Shown: positions 1-11,866 of the stretch, piece after piece
How positions within the stretch are numbered: position 1 is the first letter of the stretch
Layout: each line of letters begins with the position of its first letter
DNA from: Octopus sinensis
Taxonomy: Eukaryota
Direction of reading: 5' to 3'
Length of the DNA: 64,000 nucleotides
NCBI RefSeq assembly: GCF_006345805.1
Contig: NC_043008.1
Coordinates: 40,052,001-40,116,000 of the forward strand
Notes under the pieces: model-generated
Databases searched by the model: none
What the model was told of the DNA's origin: nothing
Seen by the model: only the letters and a program-made list of their open reading frames with translations
Translations under genes and position numbers: made by a program

Positions 1-1130
1 ACACACTAGGAAGTCTCCCCCTTTGAGTGTTGCTTAGGAAAGGCCTGGATATCAAAGTACGGCCGATCATCCTCCGTACGCTCCAACTTTGGAGTAGGAG
101 ACATATTTCTTCAGACATTTGGGGGATTTCCTTGTGACGTCTCATGCTTTAGTGCTAATGCCTGATTGGAAAACCATCTTAGGTGCACGACTTGATAAAG
201 AGAACCAAGAATCACCCGATTATCGATAAAAGAGTTTTGAGTCAGTCACTTCCAGATGGCTGACAGGTGCTGACTGTATTTCTCGACCTGGCAAACAACA
301 CCAAATGGGATAGAGAGAGAGTATTTCGTAGGCCTGCAGATAGAAGTAGCATAAGTTTTCCACAGTACAAAGTCATTTCTTATACACACAACAAATCTCT
401 GACCTGTACGGTCGGCATATATAGGATCCATACGTAAGACCTCCGATACTGGAAACAGAAGGTTTCATTCTCGGCGCGTATTAGGAAGTTAATCTATCGG
501 AATTTGTTGGATGCAATCGTCGACAACCTTCGATGGAGAGCTCTGAAACGAGCAATTAGAATAGAATTTAGTAAAGGAATAACGTTAAGGGTCCTTGATA
601 AATGTAGATTTGGTTTGGAAACTAAAAGAAGAGCTTAGAAATGTCATATGGAACGTCGTACTCTGGGCGAGATTGGCTATTTATCGACTCTTCAGTGTCA
701 CGCAGAAAGGTTACGTTGTCAGAGCTAGAGTACTGCGCTAAGACACGGGGGAATAAGAGCTGTTTGAAGGGCCTGGGTAGCAGAGATGCTACGTGGCAAC
801 AAGCCACAATTCGGTCATTGGTAGATTTGAAAGACGTAAGCTACACCAGTATAAGCAGATGTGTTCGGAATTGCAGCTGCAATCTCCCGAACTGTAACTA
901 GTACACAGTGAATCGGAGACACGGTTGGATTTCACCTCCGACGTCGAACGCATGCCATGCGTTTCTGGCGGGAACGCGCTATCCTGGTAAATAACAATAA
1001 CAGCCGAAGACACACGGGATGCGATGGTTAGCTGTACGAAGTTGCGTGGTCTATTACTGTTATTCCTACGTAACTGGAGTCTTTTGTCATCTGTCAAGTC
1101 ACAAGAAGGATCTCAGACTAATAAGACTTT
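1..1130 (-). mobile_element. Possible decayed Ty3/Gypsy gag (DUF7041-like N-terminus) relic
   Basis: Minus-strand pieces LQFGRLQLQFRTH, CHVASLLP, PEYDVPYDISK and MKPS resemble, in order, the Gypsy gag motifs W F.Q.E.QF / HVV..LP / P..PYD.LK / KPS; many stops and frameshifts. Confidence 0.3.
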
Positions 1131-1154
1131 CTTTAAGATGTGCGCTGCTTTTTC

Positions 1155-1192
1155 AGGCCCAAATTTTAGGACTTGTGCCTATAGTAGAAAGG

Positions 1193-1250
<58 letters not shown>

Positions 1251-1280
1251 GTATTACTATTATGATTATTATTATTATTG
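1155..1280 (+). mobile_element. 3' tail of SINE family A running into an (ATT)n microsatellite
   Basis: ccaaattttaggacttgtgcctatagtagaaagg matches the 3' end of the copy at 8761-8975 and is followed by (att)n. Confidence 0.6.
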
Positions 1281-1671
1281 AGTGAGAGAGCAGCTCATGC
1301 CATCAAAGTGACACTGGGGTGAAATATACGAAGCCCAATATACCTATGATGACTACCCGTCTGATAAGGGTACACCAGGCACATGCATCACAACCATATG
1401 TGCGCGACATGGTGATCTCATAAAAAGATAAAGAGCACATGACCCTGCAGGTGGGGCCCAGTTAGAATTTTCGTCTGGTTGAGTAGCCCATCCCGCTCAA
1501 AAGGTCCCTGAATAAGGATTGTTTAAGGATGTTGAAAGAACCGCCCATGTTTCCAGAGGTGAATTATTCAAACCCCAAATATTCCCTCTCAACACATGGC
1601 TATGATGCTCCCCCACTACTTCTGCTCGTGATCAGAGATGCACATATCGTCAGCCACTAAGGGACATGCTC

Positions 1672-1672
<1 letters not shown>
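1280..1672 (-). mobile_element. 5'-truncated 3' end of a probable RLE non-LTR retrotransposon (R4/Dong-like) inserted in (AAT)n
   Basis: Complex 390-bp block bounded by (ATT)n on both sides; on the minus strand it ends ctctctcactc-(aat)n; only weak decayed coding similarity. Confidence 0.45.
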
Positions 1673-1729
<57 letters not shown>

Positions 1730-1757
1730 GTTGTTGTTATTGTTGTTGTTGTTGTTG
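1672..1757. repeat. (ATT)n/(GTT)n microsatellite
   Basis: Direct inspection. Confidence 0.95.
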
Positions 1758-2752
1758 TAAATTTTATTGCGAAGGTCATAATATTAATCTCAGGCATAAC
1801 TTTTTTCTTTGGTATATTACTTTTGTCTCCCTGTCTCAGGCGTTGTATTTCTAAAAAATTTTACAGATCTTCCGCTGTTATCTCTCCAATAGTTTCTATA
1901 GCCGAAATCTAATTAAATGAATTTATTATTTTCTCTTTTACTGGGCAAATCGTTTCTTCTACTCAACTAGACAAAAGGTAATAAACAACAAGTTATAAAA
2001 TTAAAAAATCTTATAGAGAAACAAAAGAAATTAACATATCTTTCTTGGTTTTTGTGCGTGTAAATAATTAAATGAGACATGTCTTCCTAATCTGTTGGGT
2101 TTATTATTTGATTGAAGTGAGATTAACGTAGAAAGAACCATTAAATTGTGTACTTCTTCCGATTCGAAAATAGTAAAAGAAAGGAATTAATTTTCTAAAG
2201 ATACTCAAGACTGATTTAAATTTAAGAAAAAAAAACAAAAAACAAATGTTTTATTTAAAGATTGATTTCGGTATGTTAAACACGAAACCAATTTTCAAAC
2301 GAAGCTATTTAGTGAATAATATGGCACATATGTACATAAGTGGTAGTTATTCCAATGGATGTGGTATCACGAACGCGGAAATTATCATCTGTAAATGTTC
2401 AGGTTTAAATGAATTTCGCTATTGAAGAGCAGTAAATAATATAAATTATATACCTGTGTAGATGTGCTTGTGTGTGTGTGTGTGTGTATTTGTGTGTGTG
2501 TACAGTTATATAATATTGTTTCTGGCATCGCGAAGTAGTCTATATAGTATAAACTATATATCCTTATGTTCGAAATTATATTATATATTACAAACACAAA
2601 TTCACAGCAAAAATAGATTGATAGATATATAGACCAATATACCTCCCGTCATCACCAAAGTCCAAACACTTAAGAATGACCAGTGAAATGGCGGTGCCCC
2701 AATATGTGCATCGCCTTTGAGATGAAACGCATGAACAAATAAAAGAATAGAA

Positions 2753-2786
<34 letters not shown>

Positions 2787-3070
2787 GGAGAGTTAAACAA
2801 ACAGACATATAGATAGATAGATAGTACACACATACACACAAAACACACTCACATACGCATACACATACATGCACACACACTCACACATACACACATATAT
2901 ATATGTATATTAACTTTTACAGGGACAAAATAGACAGATTTCGGTGATTCGGCCTCGTACCCAGCTATCATCTGATGATTTTTAGTAAAGGCGAATATTC
3001 GACGACACATTGATTTTGTGTTTCTTTTTGTGTTGTCCTGTACCCATATATGCATGTATATATACATCTG

Positions 3071-3074
<4 letters not shown>

Positions 3075-3152
<78 letters not shown>
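3075..3152. repeat. (TA)n microsatellite at the 5' flank of the Penelope-like element
   Basis: Direct inspection. Confidence 0.95.
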
Positions 3153-3156
<4 letters not shown>

Positions 3157-3174
3157 CAGATGTATACATACGTG

Positions 3175-5915
3175 CGTAACCCAAATTAACGTCCTAGCCA
3201 GAGCCTTAAAATTCAGACCTACTCCAATAACAGCCAACCCCCCGGAGATCAAGAATAACATTTCTGAATTTTGCAGAAAACTTCGTTTAACAGAAGCTTT
3301 TACAGACTTCAGCAATGAGGATGATTCAATGGTCAAAAACAAAAGTAACTTTCTACCATCAAAAGGAAGAACTAAAGCACTGGACGATTTTTGCAACCAC
3401 ATCCAGAGTCTCCCCTTCACCCCATACAAAACCAAAGTTAAGTCCAACTTTAATAGGGATGAATGGAAAAACCTACGAGACCTACAACAGGACAAAAAAC
3501 TTAATATTAAAGAAGCCGACAAAGGTCGTACTGTGGTACTTATGGACACAGATTTTTATAAACATCTAATACTTTCCTTGCTAAACAACAACATCTTCTA
3601 TGAAATAATCACCAGCTATAAACAGCAAAAACACTTAAAAACCTCACCACCCTCATACTTCCATACGGTCAAGGTCTCACGGAAAATGAAAAGGATTATA
3701 TCATCAATTTCAAATGCACGCCCAGCCTCTTTTATGGCATTCCTAAAGTCCATAAAAACAAATCCATCACCGAAGCCTTCAAACTCTCCTCTGACATCCA
3801 CATCAACATCAAGGCACCGGAAGACCTAAGAATAAGGCCCATCATAACTGGTGCCTCATGCTGCGAAACCCACCGCTTGAGCAATTTCCTGGACATCTTT
3901 TGAAACATTTCCTTAGTCACATCAAAAGTTTCATTAGAGATGATCTTGACATGCTCAAGCACCTCCCGAAAACAACCAACGTCCTTTGATGTTATCAATC
4001 TCTATACCAAAATCCCACATGAATATGGTATTGAATCAATTGATTTCTGGTTGGAGAAACACCCAGAAGCATTTCCTAACCGCATTAACAAGACCTTCAT
4101 TACGGAATCCCTCAAGTTCATTCTGACAAACAATTATTTCCTCTTTGAAAACACACACTACAGACAAAAATGTGGTATCGCGATGGCTACGAAAGCTGCA
4201 CCATTCCTTGCGAACCTCATAATGGGTTTCCTCGAACTATCACTCTATGAGATATCACGCCAGAAATTTGGACACCTTTTCTACATCTACTTAATGGAAA
4301 ACTAGAAAAGGTACCTAGATAATTGTTTCATCATATGAAAAGAATCTTATGAAAAACTTCTGGAATTCAAAACCACACTGAACAGCATACACCCCAACAT
4401 TCAATTCACAATGGGGTTCAGCAAACATCATCTACCTTTCCTTGATCTCCTAATTCTAAAAAACACCGAACAACCAAATAACAACCGACATCTACCACAA
4501 ATCTACAGACTAACAACAATACCTCCTCTTCAGTTCAGGCCACCCAAAACTCACCAAGATAAATATCCCTTTCAACTTAGCTAAAAGGGTATGCACCATT
4601 GTCTCGAATCTCAAAACTCGAGGAATATGCCTTCAATACCTCAAAAAAAACCCCACTACTACAACGCCAATATCCCTCCTCACTCAAAAACCATGGAATG
4701 AAACGTGCCAAAGAACTAGACAATAATACCCCGAAAACCACCCAACACAGTAACACACCCAACATCAAAATACTTCCATACATTTCCACCCATAACCCCT
4801 AAAACATCGAAGCATACACCGCAATCATACAAAACCTCATCTTACTGTCCACAGACCCCAAAATGAATAATATTATCAATACATATAAAATCCTTAAATG
4901 CAAAATGCAACATAAATCTTTGAAAAGACTCATAACAAATGCCAACCGTCATACACCACATCCACCCCTATAAGTTAAAAAATGTTCACGCCCTAACTGT
5001 GGTACCTGCCACTTCCTACTTGAAGGCTCTGAATTTAGTTTCAAACGAGAAAGAAAGTTTAAAATCAAGGCCAACTTTTCCTGTTCCTCCGAGAACCTCA
5101 ACTACGTTCTCACATGCACCGGTTGCCAACACGATTATGTTGGACAAACGAGCCTTGCTTTACGCAAAATAGTAGCAGTCCATAAAGAACAGATAAATCT
5201 CCCACAATACTGTCAAATTCCACTCAGTAGCCACATAGACTCTTGCGCTAGAGATAAAAATCTCAAATTTCACATATTCCCTTTCTACCAATGTAAAGAC
5301 AGTATCTCTACAAAAGAAAGAATCAACGAGGAGAATCTTTGTATTGAAAAATTCCAAACTCGTCTTGATATGCCAACTCCACTGTGACCATACTCCTTTT
5401 TCTAGCATCCTATCTGACAAAAAATTGATATAAGCATCCTTTTTGACAATAAATCCACCATTCCAATTAAAGAGCATAACATCCACAGAATTGTCTCCCT
5501 TTACTCACAGAAACTCGATAACTTCTACCCCATTTCCTGTTTTGACACACAGTCACCCACTCTTTCAAAATACACACAACATTTAAACATATGCATCCTA
5601 ATCCTCCAAAGTAGTTTTCCAAGGACTATTATTGAACTCTATAAGCATAAAGATTCTACATGTATTGGTATACTTATTTATTAATTTCTTATATATATAT
5701 GTATTATTATTCTTTTGAAAAATCATTGTAGATTTCTTTTTCCTCTTCCTCAATTTAAAAAACAAAACTTTTCCCCTTCCAAATCCTGAAAATTTGCCTT
5801 GTAATGAAAACCGTTTTGATCTATTATTTTTTCTTTTATAATTTTTCATACATCCATTTTTTATTAAAATTTACTTTCAATTTAACATTCTCCTTTATTA
5901 TAATTTATTCTATTT
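3175..5915 (+). mobile_element. Penelope-like retroelement (Neptune-type), decayed RT + Cys linker + GIY-YIG endonuclease, plus AT-rich 3' region
   Basis: Motifs in order: LKFRPTP, KEADKGRTVVLMD, RPII, SFDVINLYTKIPH, NNYF..YRQKCGIAM..AAPFLANLIMGFLE, RYLDN (YxDD site), LPFLDL, PYISTHNP, KCSRPNCGTC, FSCSSENLNYVLTCTGCQHDYVGQT; interrupted by stops and frameshifts; (TA)n on both flanks. Confidence 0.9.
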
Positions 5916-5927
5916 TCCTATATATGC

Positions 5928-5967
<40 letters not shown>

Positions 5968-6419
5968 GCACACACACACACACGTATACATAAGCAGTTG
6001 TGATCATTAAGAAATGTAGGACAAAATATAAATATACAACACGATTAGAGAACAGTTGATCCCTCTAACTATCTGTAGAGCAGATACACACGAATTATTT
6101 AGAGTGAAGGTAAATCTCTTCTGCATACATTACTTATATTAGCACTGTTGAACTTATGTTAAAGGATGGTGTTCCAGAAATAGGATATATAAAAATATCG
6201 GCCATGTCGTGTTCAGAAACTGTTGATATTGTCAGTTTATCATGAATATAAAACAACTATATGTGTCAAACTACCGGAATTGAATACATTTTAGTTTTCA
6301 TATCTAAATTTAGATAAGTTCAATTTACAACGTTTCTTTCAGCGAAAGATATCAGAAATTTGCTCACGACAAAAATATCAAATGAATTAAATTTTTATGT
6401 ATTATTTTAGTTCAGTCAC

Positions 6420-7760
6420 GAACATTTTGAGATGTATTCAAAAGAAGCTAATGTACCCAGGCTCTATTTCAGTGATCCTGCCCGTTAAATACCATAGCAC
6501 CCACAGTCTAAGTAATACTAAGTAGACGTATCTGTGGTTGAGGATGTTATATTTCAAAGGAGATACATGAACAGGAATTTTGTAATGTAATTTCGCTTTT
6601 ATTTTATTCGAAATTAAAAGCATTTCCTACGTAAATCAAAATAACTCTGGCAATATCAGTAGGTACATGCAAATTGAATTGAAAAATATAGAAACATATT
6701 TGTTTGATGCTATAAATTCCCATAAATGATCCCCGCTTATCACTATACATCTTATAAATTAATCTGCTCATCACTATACACTGAATTTTATTTATTATTT
6801 GTAATTTGACCGAATTATATAACAACTTAATTAATATAAGGCGGTAATTCAGCATGGAGGCAGTCAAGTGACTGAAACAATTAAATGATAAATGATGAGA
6901 GTAACTAAATTCCGTGGTAGCACTATATATGATTTCGAACATCCTGTGTTAATGAGGATTACACAATTAACTGTTAAGCCTAGAAAAGCAACGTTCTTTT
7001 GTCAACATTCGAAGTGAAATATAATCCCAAGATATTTCTTAAATTCCTCCCTTTTAGCAGCTGACTATCATGTCACTTATCATGTTAATACAGTTTACAC
7101 CAAACCTCTTTTTGATTTCAACCGGAAAGTAAACAGTTGTTTCTATTATTTTAGCTGAGTAATTATTTTCCACGTCTGCCTCAAAAGATTTTTTCTATAA
7201 CTTTTGACTCTATATTTCTTTTCAGTTTATGGTTGCCTCTAAATATACTCTGTTCCATTGTGTTTAATGTTTTCGAAGTTTTCAGGAAATTCTATTGCCT
7301 CAACAAGTATTGTGTAATATCCTCAATTTGCAGTAACCTACTGCTTCTTTCTTCACGAAAAGAATTCCTAAGGATGTTTCTTAGCGTCAACTTGATCAAG
7401 CAATAGACTCTCAAAAGTATCGAAACTAATAATTTCCTTCTTAACTTGAACAATCTCCACATGTAATTGAAAGTATAATAAAAACAACGAAGTGAAATAA
7501 AGCAAATAAAATTGCAATAAGGCACCACTGAATCGCTCGTCTTTGAAAGCCATTGAGTAAAGACGCATATTCTCATGAATTGAAATGTTGAATTGCGGCT
7601 ATTATGGACTGCAATACCAGCAGCAACAGCAGAAACAATTGACATCTGTAATGTGGGAAAAACTATGCTTTTCCAAATAATTCCACCTCCGCAGCGCATC
7701 TGAGCATATTGATGTTTTCTATCACTGTTTTATAAAAATTACATGTATTGTCAAATAAAT
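6420..7760 (-). mobile_element. Highly decayed Helitron PIF1-like helicase relic
   Basis: Minus-strand fragments in the expected order: GG..WKS (Walker A-like), IVSAVAAGIA..STF, WDYISLRMLTK, FSHLTASMLNYRLIL (cf. FLNSL.PSG.P.H.L.L), DIARVILI..AFNF (cf. IPRI.L..PF.F), KIPVHVS (cf. QFPV). Confidence 0.45.
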
Positions 7761-7894
7761 GTATGTCACGACTATTAAGCACTTCGTATATCCATATGCA
7801 TCTTCATTCTAATACTTCTACTTACTTATACCACCAACACTTTATCCGTTATCAGTGTGGTCACTCGGATTTAATTTGGTGATACAATTCAAGC

Positions 7895-8330
7895 ATCGCA
7901 TATAAAAAGAACCGCGAAGACTAGCTCAGTTTTCGGTCAGCTTTATCATAGGTTTTGGGAAAGCCATGACGTAATTCTGAAGGTGAAAATCGGTGGTTTT
8001 GACAACATAGCTTTATGGAGCTGAAGTTTGGACTTTGTATCAAATGCACATCAAATAGCCTGACACTTTTATATGCGATGCTTTCGTACTATCTCCAATT
8101 AAAATCCGTCTTACCATTTTGATAACAGCGAGGTACTAACAAAATGCAATATATATGGTACAGAAGCTATCCTTATCAAAATACGGCTTAGATGGTAAGT
8201 TCATCTATCACGTATGAATGATGTCCGCATTTCGAAACAGGAAGATCAGTTGGAAGGTCAGATTTGCATTTTAAAAATAAACTAAAAGACAATCTGAATG
8301 ATGCAGCATTTCCTTTTCTTCCCAGGAAAA
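7895..8330 (+). mobile_element. RTE-clade LINE fragment (C-terminal of RT)
   Basis: Translates to RTAKTSSVFGQL..RFW, LYGAEVWTLY, FYMRCFRTI, NSEVL, RLRW*VHLSRMNDVRISKQ, the typical RTE LYG.E.WT / LRW.GH..RM...R..KQ signature. Confidence 0.85.
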
Positions 8331-8483
8331 TAAAGCCTACTATGTATAGACCAACTTGTTTAAATAAAATAAAAATTCGGTTTATTATTTAGGCTTACGT
8401 CGATTCTTCCGTGGTGTTGTTTTGCATTTATAATAAAATAAATCTATATACAAATTATAAAAATAATAATAATAACATATATA

Positions 8484-8575
8484 CAGTAGAGTACTGTTTG
8501 TACTTCGCAGATTTCACCTATCGCGGTGGGGCGTAGTGTTGGAAGGTAACACCGGCGATAGTCGAGTGATTACTG
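8484..8575 (-). mobile_element. ~90-bp Tigger/pogo-like MITE
   Basis: TA|CAGTA...TACTG|TA ends; reverse complement begins cagtaatcactcgactatcgc; homologous to 48459-48540. Confidence 0.6.
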
Positions 8576-8760
8576 TAATATAAAATATAATAATGTAGAA
8601 TTAAGTTTTACTCGGAATGAATCTATACAAGTAAGATGTAAAAATAAAATTGATTATCTAAAATAAATAAAAGAAGTGGATACAACTGAGAGACAGAGAA
8701 AATGAAGGAGGAGAAGAGAAGAACTTGGAAATGTAAAATAATGATAGTAATGATAGAGAG

Positions 8761-8975
8761 AAGGCGGAGAGCTGGCAGAATCGTAAGCACGCCGGGCGAA
8801 ATGCTTAGCGACATTTCGTCTGACTTTACGTTCTGAGTTCAAATTCCATCGATGTCGACTTTGCCTTTCATCCTTTAGAGGTGCATAAATTGAGTACCAG
8901 TTTCGTACTAAGGTCGTTCTAATCGACTGGAGTCCTCACCCAAAATTTCGAGCCCTGTGCCTAGAGTAGAAAAGG
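8761..8975 (+). mobile_element. tRNA-derived SINE, family A
   Basis: Head aaggcggagagctggcagaatcg, B-box-like gagttcaaattcc; homologous copies at 23235, 61599 and 61840. Confidence 0.75.
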
Positions 8976-9374
8976 TGAGAGATATGTGTAATAGATAATG
9001 AATGAGAATCAATTGACAATGAGTCATTGACGGTTCACTAGACGGAATGGTTTATGAGCTCCAAAGGTCAAACAGTTTTCAAGTTACACGTGTATAAATT
9101 TAGCCGAACAAAGTATCACGAGTAATTTGAGAAAGAAACTGACAATTGAATATTCAAATTGATACATATATTAATAAATGCAGAACGCGTTATACAGTCA
9201 CGTGTAGACACCCACACACATGTACATATGCACATATAGATACACACATACTACGCATATACGTATATATATATACGCATATATGTGTATGTGTAAATAT
9301 ATATACACTTCCATATAAATACATAGATATATACATGAACACCTTCAATTATATATATATATATATATAATATA

Positions 9375-9408
<34 letters not shown>

Positions 9409-9444
9409 CATGTATGTATGTATACCTGCAAGTAAATATACAAC

Positions 9445-9480
<36 letters not shown>

Positions 9481-10219
9481 TTGTATATTTGCGCGTGTAT
9501 GTACTTGCGTATGCATGTATTTAGAAATGTAGAACATGTTATTCTCACATTCTTCAACTAATTTAAATCTTTGACAGTCTTTGGACTCTACTGTAGCATT
9601 GGCGACCACATGTACCACTCTGTATCTAATGATTCATTGATTATTAGTAGAAACCTTTCACATATCAAGGAAACAGGCGTGCCTTTTAACACTGTATATA
9701 TTGAGATATATATACCGCCGTTTACAATATATATACCGCCATGCAGGATGAGTATATGCAGGGTACAACGATAAATTGCCATTTAATGATATGCATTCTT
9801 TTATACACCGGTTTTGTAATGTCATTGTCCCTTAACATTCGTGACAAATGTAAAAAGAGAATGCTATCGAATAGTTAAACCATAAATTTATCAATTTCTT
9901 CAGACGAATTAAATTTCAGTTTCCTAAGAACTAGATAATTTTGTTTATATGAATTAATCTTATTGAAATTAAATATCTAATTAACATTAGTTAACTTACT
10001 TCCTGTCTATTAATTGACTCCGAAAATTATTTAACAAGTTGACTGTATAGAATATTTTATATATTATATACAGTTATATATTTCTGTAGAATAATTCGAA
10101 ACATTTTGCACGTCTTAAGCTGGTATAAAACATTGACAATTTGGTTGTTAGTTTAATCATTTAAGCGTGATTATGAGTAAGATTCTTTAAATTTACGCTC
10201 TAAATATGATATTACCTGT

Positions 10220-10385
10220 TGGCTTGTGGTAAGAATTTTGCTTCCCAACAACATGGTGCTGGGTACAGTCCCACCGTGTGACACCTTGAGCAATTGTCTT
10301 CTACTAAAGCCTCAGGCCGATCTTAGCCTTGTGAGTGGATTTGGTAGAGGGAAACAGTAAGACGCCCGTCGTGTTTGTATGTGTG

Positions 10386-10458
<73 letters not shown>

Positions 10459-10504
10459 CCCCACGCCGTCACTTGACAACCGATGTTGGTGTGTTTTTGT
10501 CCCC
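10220..10504 (+). mobile_element. SINE family D, 5' part (interrupted by the Penelope insertion)
   Basis: tRNA-like head, ccttgtgagtggatttggtaga, internal TA/TG repeat; matches the minus-strand copies at 20358, 42615, 46250 and 48542. Confidence 0.8.
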
Positions 10505-10518
10505 ATCTTGTTCGGTGT

Positions 10519-10565
10519 TAACCGAAAGTTTCGGTTGATATACCCTCAGCCTTAATCAGGTGTCA
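10519..10565 (-). ncRNA. Decayed minimal type-I hammerhead ribozyme motif in Penelope 3' repeat
   Basis: CTGATTA (G8 mutated), stem II ggctg/caacc, GAAA; same motif as 11769-11813. Confidence 0.45.
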
Positions 10566-10624
10566 TGGGGAAATTCCGAACATGGGTTCTCATTTCAAAG
10601 GTAGTTTTCGATGTTATTATTATT

Positions 10625-10692
10625 CAGGTCACTGCTTGGAGTCGAACTCGGAATCTTGGGCTTAGCATCCCGCGCTCTTAACCACTAGGCAA
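10625..10692 (-). promoter_or_regulatory. tRNA-like head with A and B boxes (Pol III internal promoter) inside the Penelope 3' region
   Basis: Minus strand ttgcctagtggttaagagcgcgggatgctaagcccaagattccGAGTTCGACTCCaagc; no matched acceptor stem or CCA. Confidence 0.65.
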
Positions 10693-11284
10693 TTATGGAG
10701 TGAATTTTAGGGCGTATAAATCTAACATTTTCTTATTCTTCCTTAATACCGGATCCCATATGCTATTCATATCTGCACTCAGTCTGCTTAGGCGGTTGCT
10801 GTGTTCTAGCATATGTGCTGTTTCTTTTAGTTTTCGTATTTTCCAGTAGTGTTCTCTGTCTATTATTTTAACTTCATCCCACAGGGGGAGGTGGTCTCCA
10901 TTTCTTCATACATTATCAGCTATACCCGATTTATCAATATCTCCTCGTGTCACAGCTTTGCGATGTACGTCTACACTTATTTTTATGGGGTGACATGTTT
11001 CGCCATTGTATACCCTATCACAGCTGGATGGATGGAGTACACGCAGTGTTTGGTAATTTTCTCTTCCATTGGTGGTTTTACTCGAAGGCGATATTTGCGA
11101 AGCGTTTCAAGCACTGAGTAACCCCTCTCTTTACACTGTATGCAAGATGAGAATTGGAGTTGAGGCATCATCCAGTAAAGGTCGGCTTGCGGTATACGGA
11201 TATCCTGAATGCATATTGGTGCGTGTTATTAATATGTGCAGGAATGCTAGCTAATTGTTTTTCCTTTACCATTGTGAACTGTAT

Positions 11285-11865
11285 GGATGGCTTTACTGAG
11301 TTCTCACCATCCATATAGTGTAAAGAGAGGGATTGCTCAGTGTGTAAAACACCGTGCAAAAAATATAAGTAGCGATCGTGATACACACCCCGAAGAGATG
11401 ATGAAGCTCAATAACAATCTATTAAGCAACAACTACCCCCAAAACATACTATTCACTCCAATTATGAAGAAAAGAGGGGATGAAACCAATAAACTGTCCA
11501 CAGTCTGTCTACCCTATGTGAAAGACCTCTCTGAAAAGATAAAAAATATATGCGGCCCATATGACATAAGGACAGTATTCAATACAACACCTTACAAATA
11601 TCTCCTATGGGGAAAACCACCAATAAAGGAGAATATGACGAAAATCTGCGTGTACTTCATCCCATTCAGCTGTGGTAGGTTATACAAAGCGAAAGATGCC
11701 GTCACCTCAAAATATGGGTAGACGAACATCGCAAAGCTGTGACATGAGGGGATAATGATAAATCGAGTATAACTGATGAAGACTAGACGGTATATCAGCC
11801 GAAAAGTTGTGTTAACAACACGCAAGATGAGGACAAATATCCGTCAAGTATAAATAATGTAAATA
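11285..11865 (+). mobile_element. Penelope/Poseidon-type element 3' fragment, inverted relative to 10505-11255
   Basis: ORF 11287-11721: SHHPYSVKRG..HRA..NNYP..LPYVKDLSEKI..CVYFIPFSCGRLY (RT C-terminus + GIY-YIG); ends in a hammerhead-like motif. Confidence 0.85.
11769..11813 (+). ncRNA. Decayed minimal hammerhead motif
   Basis: CTGATGA agactagacggtatatcagcc GAAA agTT gtgtt; core intact, stems damaged. Confidence 0.45.
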
Positions 11866-11866
11866 A

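Larger units (their letters stand above)
10505..11255 (-). mobile_element. Penelope/Poseidon-type element 3' fragment (RT thumb + GIY-YIG + 3' repeat with hammerhead-like motif)
   Basis: Minus strand gives VYRKPTFTG..NSH..SVKRG, CVYSI, GETC..HRKAV..KSGIAD..W.EVKIIDRE..RKLKE; ends in gacacCTGATTAaggctg..caaccGAAA. Confidence 0.85.

Noticed and set aside
2930-3005. CTGATGA just upstream of the Neptune element as a possible hammerhead
   Set aside because: No convincing stem II or GAAA (gaat instead)
10625-10692. Functional tRNA gene (likewise the SINE heads at 28736, 44732, 45250, 54616 and 59839)
   Set aside because: Acceptor stems do not close and the heads are embedded in repeat bodies
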